A DNA stretch of 64,000 bases from an uncultured Verrucomicrobiae bacterium. Lineage in GTDB: Bacteria; Verrucomicrobiota; Verrucomicrobiia; Chthoniobacterales; JAATET01. The notes under the pieces were generated by a model that searched no databases, was not told the DNA's origin, and saw only the letters and a program-made list of their open reading frames with translations. The position numbers and the translations under genes are program-made. The stretch lies in contig CAVRCI010000013.1 in assembly GCA_963719495.1 (NCBI GenBank), forward strand, positions 576,001 through 640,000, written 5' to 3'. The stretch's first letter is position 1. Each line of letters begins with the position of its first letter. Shown here piece by piece: positions 59,501 through 64,000 of this stretch.

Positions 59501-59509
59501 ATTTCCACC

Positions 59510-60277
59510 ATGATCGACGACCTCCTCCAAATCGCCCGCGCCGCTGGGGCCATCATCTTCGAACACTACGGCCAGCCCATCCCGGCGGAGAAAAAGGCCG
59601 ACGATTCCCCACTCACCATCGCCGACCGAGCCTCCCACGCCCACATCGTCGCAGCGCTCGCCCGCCTCACCCCCGACATCCCGATCATCTCCGAGGAAGG
59701 GGAACTCCCGACCCCCGCTGAGCGTTCCGGCTGGAATCGCTTCTGGCTCGTCGACCCCCTCGACGGCACGAAGGAATTCATCAAGCAAACCGGCGAATTC
59801 ACCGTAAACATAGGCCTCATCGAGGACGGCATTCCCACCACCGGGGTCGTTTACGCTCCCGTGACCGGCCTGATGTATTGGGCCGCCGACGGCACGGCTT
59901 GGAAACAGCTCGCCGCCGACGCCCCAACCCGGATCGAGAGCGGCAGCTACACCGCCAGCGCTCCCCCGACCCTGGTCGCCAGCCGCGACCACGCGGGCCC
60001 CGCCGTCAAGGAGCTGACCAATCGCCACCCCACCGCCGCCCTCCGCAGCATGGGCAGCTCACTCAAGTTTTGCCTCGTGGCCGAAGGGGCCGCCGACCTC
60101 TACCTGCGCGACGTCCCGACCATGGAATGGGACACCGCCGCCGCCCACGCCGTCCTCCTCGCAGCCGGCGCGTCGCTCCGCCAGCTCGACGGCGCTCCGC
60201 TCGCCTACAACAAGGCCGAACTCCGCAACCCCGCCATCGTGACCTTGCGGCCCGGCGCGGACGTCCTGCTAGCGTAG
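59510..60277 (+). CDS. cysQ: 3'(2'),5'-bisphosphate nucleotidase
   Basis: SPLTIAD, SEE, DPLDGTKEF, GSSLKFC and EWDTAA. Confidence 0.93.
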   Translation: MIDDLLQIARAAGAIIFEHYGQPIPAEKKADDSPLTIADRASHAHIVAALARLTPDIPIISEEGELPTPAERSGWNRFWLVDPLDGTKEFIKQTGEFTVNIGLIEDGIPTTGVVYAPVTGLMYWAADGTAWKQLAADAPTRIESGSYTASAPPTLVASRDHAGPAVKELTNRHPTAALRSMGSSLKFCLVAEGAADLYLRDVPTMEWDTAAAHAVLLAAGASLRQLDGAPLAYNKAELRNPAIVTLRPGADVLLA

Positions 60278-60457
60278 GGGATTCCCCGAAATTTGACGCC
60301 AAGGAATTTTCTGTTTCTCATCGGGCGCGCCGCGGTTTATCCAATCCTCAGACCAACAAGTCGGTTCCTGATCGTATTGGAACGCGAGATGCTCACATTG
60401 CCTACCAACCTTCACCATTGACATACTCACCACACGTCCTTAACTAAAAACATACAC

Positions 60458-60931
60458 ATGAAAAAAATCGCCGCCATCCTTCTCACCACGGCCTTCGCCG
60501 TCACCGCGCTTCCGACCACGGCAAGCGCTCAAAGCAACGACAAAGATAAAAAGAAGATCAATCGTTTCTTCACAAAGCTGAAGAAGCTTCCAAACGCCCG
60601 CACTCGTCCGGCCAAAGTGATCTCCCTGTCTCGGAAGTTGGTCAAACTCGATCCTAAGAAAGCGAAGCGCTACTACAAGACGGCGACGGTCAAATTTCTC
60701 ACCGCCTTCGTCGAGCGAAAGTCAGTCCAATTGGACGGCATCTACACCCGCCTGCTGTCGAAAGCTGCCGCCCAAGGACAAATCAGCAATTCGATCGCCA
60801 AGCGGAACATCCGACAGGTGGAAAAGATCCTGGCTCGGATCATTCTCCGCAACGATCCAACTCCGACGCCACAACCGACCCCGACGCCTTATCAGGCATC
60901 GATCCACGATGGATCGATTCACTTCGCCTGA
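60458..60931 (+). CDS. Secreted, strongly basic helical hypothetical protein with PTPTP tail
   Basis: Signal peptide MKKIAAILL..ASA; Lys/Arg-rich; own terminator. Confidence 0.75.
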   Translation: MKKIAAILLTTAFAVTALPTTASAQSNDKDKKKINRFFTKLKKLPNARTRPAKVISLSRKLVKLDPKKAKRYYKTATVKFLTAFVERKSVQLDGIYTRLLSKAAAQGQISNSIAKRNIRQVEKILARIILRNDPTPTPQPTPTPYQASIHDGSIHFA

Positions 60932-60959
60932 TTTAGTAAGGGATCAGGATTTTCATTGC

Positions 60960-60996
60960 GGAAAGGGGTGAATCATTTCACCCCTTTCCCTCTTTT
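60960..60996 (+). terminator. Intrinsic terminator
   Basis: GGAAAGGGGTGAA-TCAT-TTCACCCCTTTCC-CTCTTTT. Confidence 0.75.
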
Positions 60997-61093
60997 GTGC
61001 CCCGCCACCACCGGCAAATCTTACCCGTCGACAATCGACGGGGCGGCATATATCCCTTAAGGCTGTCCCGCAAGGGCTATCAATCCGCTGATC

Positions 61094-61717
61094 GTGTTTC
61101 GTAATTTGTGTCGTTTTGGGTTCAAGGGAATCGTCGTTGGTCTCCTGGTCGTATTGCTAGGTGGGTGCGCGGCCCCCGTTCAACAGCGCGAGGTTCTCCT
61201 GCCGGACTCGAATGTCTCGCCGGGCCTGTCGAACTATCGCCTTTCCGCCGGCGACATCGTGCAAGTCACTGTGTTTCAAGAAGCTGACATGCTTTCCGAA
61301 CAGCGGATCGCGCAGGACGGGTCGATCAACTTTCCTTTGGTCGGGCGGGTAGTCATCGGAAGCCAGACGGTCGAACAAGCTTCGGCAACGATCTCCGCTC
61401 GCTTGAAAGAGGGCTATTTGATCAATCCGCAGGTCACGGTGGGAGTCATTGAATACGCCCCACGGCGGTTTACGATTTTTGGCGAAGTCAATGGCTCCGG
61501 AAGCTTTGAAATTCCCAGCGAAGAGAGGATCCTGCTGCCCACCGCCGTCGCGATGGCGGGAGGCAGGACCCGCATCGGAAATCTTCGGGGGGTGACCGTG
61601 ACCCGCAACCATCCGGACGGCATCACGGAATACAAAGTGAACCTCCTAACGCCGCAAGGCCGTCAATTCGTCATCGAGGACAAGGACATCATCACCGTTC
61701 CGGAAAGCCTCTTTTAG
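61094..61717 (+). CDS. wza: Polysaccharide export lipoprotein (Wza/OPX family, short form)
   Basis: Lipobox LGGC; YRLSAGD, DGSINFPLVG, NPQVTV, GEV and AMAGG. Confidence 0.88.
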   Translation: MFRNLCRFGFKGIVVGLLVVLLGGCAAPVQQREVLLPDSNVSPGLSNYRLSAGDIVQVTVFQEADMLSEQRIAQDGSINFPLVGRVVIGSQTVEQASATISARLKEGYLINPQVTVGVIEYAPRRFTIFGEVNGSGSFEIPSEERILLPTAVAMAGGRTRIGNLRGVTVTRNHPDGITEYKVNLLTPQGRQFVIEDKDIITVPESLF

Positions 61718-61721
61718 GCCC

Positions 61722-63953
61722 ATGAGACCAGAATCATCAGACGTCGAAGCGGAAGCGGAGCGGGGTGGCTACACCTCTCCAGCGTATGAGGACGATGGGA
61801 TCTCCATCGACTTTGGAAGAATCTTTGCGGCTCTTCGCAAATATTTTTGGGTCGTCCTGCTCTTCCTGGTCGCCGGAGGCATCGCGGCCGTCACCTATCT
61901 CAACGTCGCGACCCCCATCTTTCAGTCCGTCGCCGTCCTCAAAGTCGAGCAACGGGTCATGGACGCTGCGCCAACCCTTGGACAAACGGGTGCTTCGTTC
62001 GAAGATCTCCGGGCATTGGAAATGCTCGGCACGATCCAACGGGGCTTTCTCAGCCGCTCACTCGCCGAACGCGTCGCCGAAAAGCTCAAACTTCCGGACA
62101 ATCCCAAATTTCTCGGGGACGTTCCCCCGGAAGACCGCGGCATTCCTGCCTGCGTGAAGATGCTGCTGGAAAATACCTCGGCCGACGTGGTGCGGGGAAC
62201 CCGGTTGATCCAAATTTCGTTCGAGCACGCCGACGAAGATCTGGCCACCGAGATCACTGCGGCCCTCGTTCGGGAATACATCGCCCTCGACGGCGAGCAA
62301 CGCCTCAACGCGGCCGGAACGAACCTGAGCTATCTCATGAACGAGAAAGCCCGGTTGGAAACGAATCTCCGCGAATCCGAAAAGAAGCTGGCCGCCTATT
62401 CCCAGCAGCTGGACAGCGTCTCGGTCGACAGCGAACTCAACATCATCGCCGGCCAGCTCATCGAGCTGAATTCGCGACTCACCATGGCCAAGGCCGACCG
62501 ACTGAAGCTCGAGAGTGATTTTGACCAGGTCAAAGCGGCCCAGGACGATCCGCAATTGCTGCTGCAGATTTCGAGCGTGGCTCTGCTGCCGGAGATTCAA
62601 GCGCTCCGCGCCCAACTCAACGAATTGAACGGTCTGATCAGCGCGCAAAAACAGCGTTACGGCGCGAAGAACCCCGCGATCATGGAGTTGGAGAGTCAAC
62701 AGGCCTCCCTGCAGGAGGCCCTCTACGCCGAAGCGCTCCGAGCTCCCCGCACGCTCGAAATCTCCCTGCGAGCCGCCGATCAAAACGAGAAAGCTCTGGA
62801 GCGCGAGACGAAGGCGCAGGAGAAAAAAACCCTCAACGTCAAAGATTTGGCGATTCAATCGTCCGTGCTGGAGCGGCAGATCGAAGCCGATCAGCTCGCT
62901 TTCCAAGCGGTCCTCCAAAGCTTGAACAGCGAGTCTTCCCAAGCCCGCAGTCAGCCCATCTTCCTTCAGATCATCGACTCCGCTTCTCCCGCCGCCCAAG
63001 TGAAACCGCGACCGCTCATCGTGAGCGCACTCGCTGCTTTCGCCTCGCTAGGGCTCTCCGCTGGCGTGATTTTCTTGATCGCGGTTCTCGATACCTCGAT
63101 CAAGTCGGTCGACGAAGCCGAGCGCCTAACCGGTCTTCCGGTCCTGGCGGCCATTCCGGAACTGTCCGACTCCCAACGCCGCCGCGCCAAGTTGGACGTG
63201 GGCCGCGACGCGGCCAAGCAGCAGGATGGCGGCATTCGCCTCCCGCTGCTCGAGGATTCTCACTCAACCGTCAGTGAAGCCTTCCGAACCCTCCGCGCTT
63301 CGATTTTCATGAACGACGCCGCCCGCAAGCGCATCCTGTTCACCAGCGCTGTCCCCGGCGAAGGCAAATCGTTCTGCTCCATCAACTTCGCCGTCGCCTT
63401 GGCTCAGCAGGATCGGAATATCCTGCTCATCGACGCGGATCTCCGCAAGCCGCAGGTCGAAGCCCGACTGTTCGACACCGATCGCGAAAAAGGTCTCGCC
63501 GACTACCTTACCGGTCGCTCAGATCTCGAACAAATCGTTCGGCCCACCAAGGTCCCCCGGTTGTCGGCCATCACCGCGGGACGGGCCTACTCCAATCCCG
63601 CCGAGCTTCTTACTCGCTCCGAACGCGTGGAAAGCCTGCTCAAGGCTGCCGAAGGCAAGTACGACGCGGTCGTGATCGATTCCGCACCCGTCCTCGCGGT
63701 CAGCGATACGCTTGGCTTGACCTCCCACTGTGACACCGTCGTTCTCGTAGCCCGCTCTCACCGCACCGGGCGTCGTTTCGTCCAGCGCGCTCAAAACCTC
63801 CTCGACCGGAGCGGCCACTCGCCTACTGGCTTGGCGATGAACCTCGTGCCGACCAAGGGAAGCGCCTATTACTACTACCAATCCTACGGCAAAGGCGGCG
63901 TGGCTTACGGCGACTCCGGGAAGGATCAACAAATCGCCGAAAAATCGGCGTAG
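61722..63953 (+). CDS. wzc: Polysaccharide co-polymerase / tyrosine autokinase
   Basis: Two TM helices with a coiled coil; EAFRTLR, GEGKS, IDADLRKP, IDSAP and a C-terminal Tyr cluster AYYYYQSY. Confidence 0.93.
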   Translation: MRPESSDVEAEAERGGYTSPAYEDDGISIDFGRIFAALRKYFWVVLLFLVAGGIAAVTYLNVATPIFQSVAVLKVEQRVMDAAPTLGQTGASFEDLRALEMLGTIQRGFLSRSLAERVAEKLKLPDNPKFLGDVPPEDRGIPACVKMLLENTSADVVRGTRLIQISFEHADEDLATEITAALVREYIALDGEQRLNAAGTNLSYLMNEKARLETNLRESEKKLAAYSQQLDSVSVDSELNIIAGQLIELNSRLTMAKADRLKLESDFDQVKAAQDDPQLLLQISSVALLPEIQALRAQLNELNGLISAQKQRYGAKNPAIMELESQQASLQEALYAEALRAPRTLEISLRAADQNEKALERETKAQEKKTLNVKDLAIQSSVLERQIEADQLAFQAVLQSLNSESSQARSQPIFLQIIDSASPAAQVKPRPLIVSALAAFASLGLSAGVIFLIAVLDTSIKSVDEAERLTGLPVLAAIPELSDSQRRRAKLDVGRDAAKQQDGGIRLPLLEDSHSTVSEAFRTLRASIFMNDAARKRILFTSAVPGEGKSFCSINFAVALAQQDRNILLIDADLRKPQVEARLFDTDREKGLADYLTGRSDLEQIVRPTKVPRLSAITAGRAYSNPAELLTRSERVESLLKAAEGKYDAVVIDSAPVLAVSDTLGLTSHCDTVVLVARSHRTGRRFVQRAQNLLDRSGHSPTGLAMNLVPTKGSAYYYYQSYGKGGVAYGDSGKDQQIAEKSA

Positions 63954-64000
63954 TCCCCCAAGTCGGGAACTGCCAAATCGAACGTGGGCGACTGCGGGAC

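Overview
GC-rich bacterial chromosomal window, probably Verrucomicrobiota (Chthoniobacterales-like). The taxonomy is inferred from gene families, a PEP-CTERM protein and the scarcity of Shine-Dalgarno sites. About 57 protein genes are supported. Core genes include mreB-mreC-mreD-mrdA-rng, leuB, trpF, infA, tcdA, tatD, sufE, a DEAD-box helicase, a SWIM-SNF2 helicase and an Hsp70/J-protein pair. There are two exopolysaccharide loci: an outer-membrane barrel + wcaJ + glycoside hydrolase, and cysC-cysD-cysN-cysQ + wza-wzc. Also present are a sugar ABC transporter, a solo Anbu peptidase, an adenylate-cyclase/STAND protein, an orphan DNA methyltransferase, a decayed RelBE-like pair, an apparently intact ISAs1 (TIRs plus 10-bp target duplication) and a group II intron relic. 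No rRNA, tRNA or CRISPR array was recognised. The most unusual signal is intergenic. A recurring architecture of purine-rich 7-9-mer arms facing complementary pyrimidine-rich arms brackets an Avd-like four-helix-bundle gene inside the cys operon, where one arm is expanded to a 46-unit array of mixed 8-mers and 9-mers. Empty versions of that architecture occur elsewhere, along with a 31-bp nested mini-element and several REP-like families. Secreted proteins ending in a shared Arg-rich C-terminal domain are a second candidate for an undescribed system. All family assignments are by eye from motifs, with no database searches.
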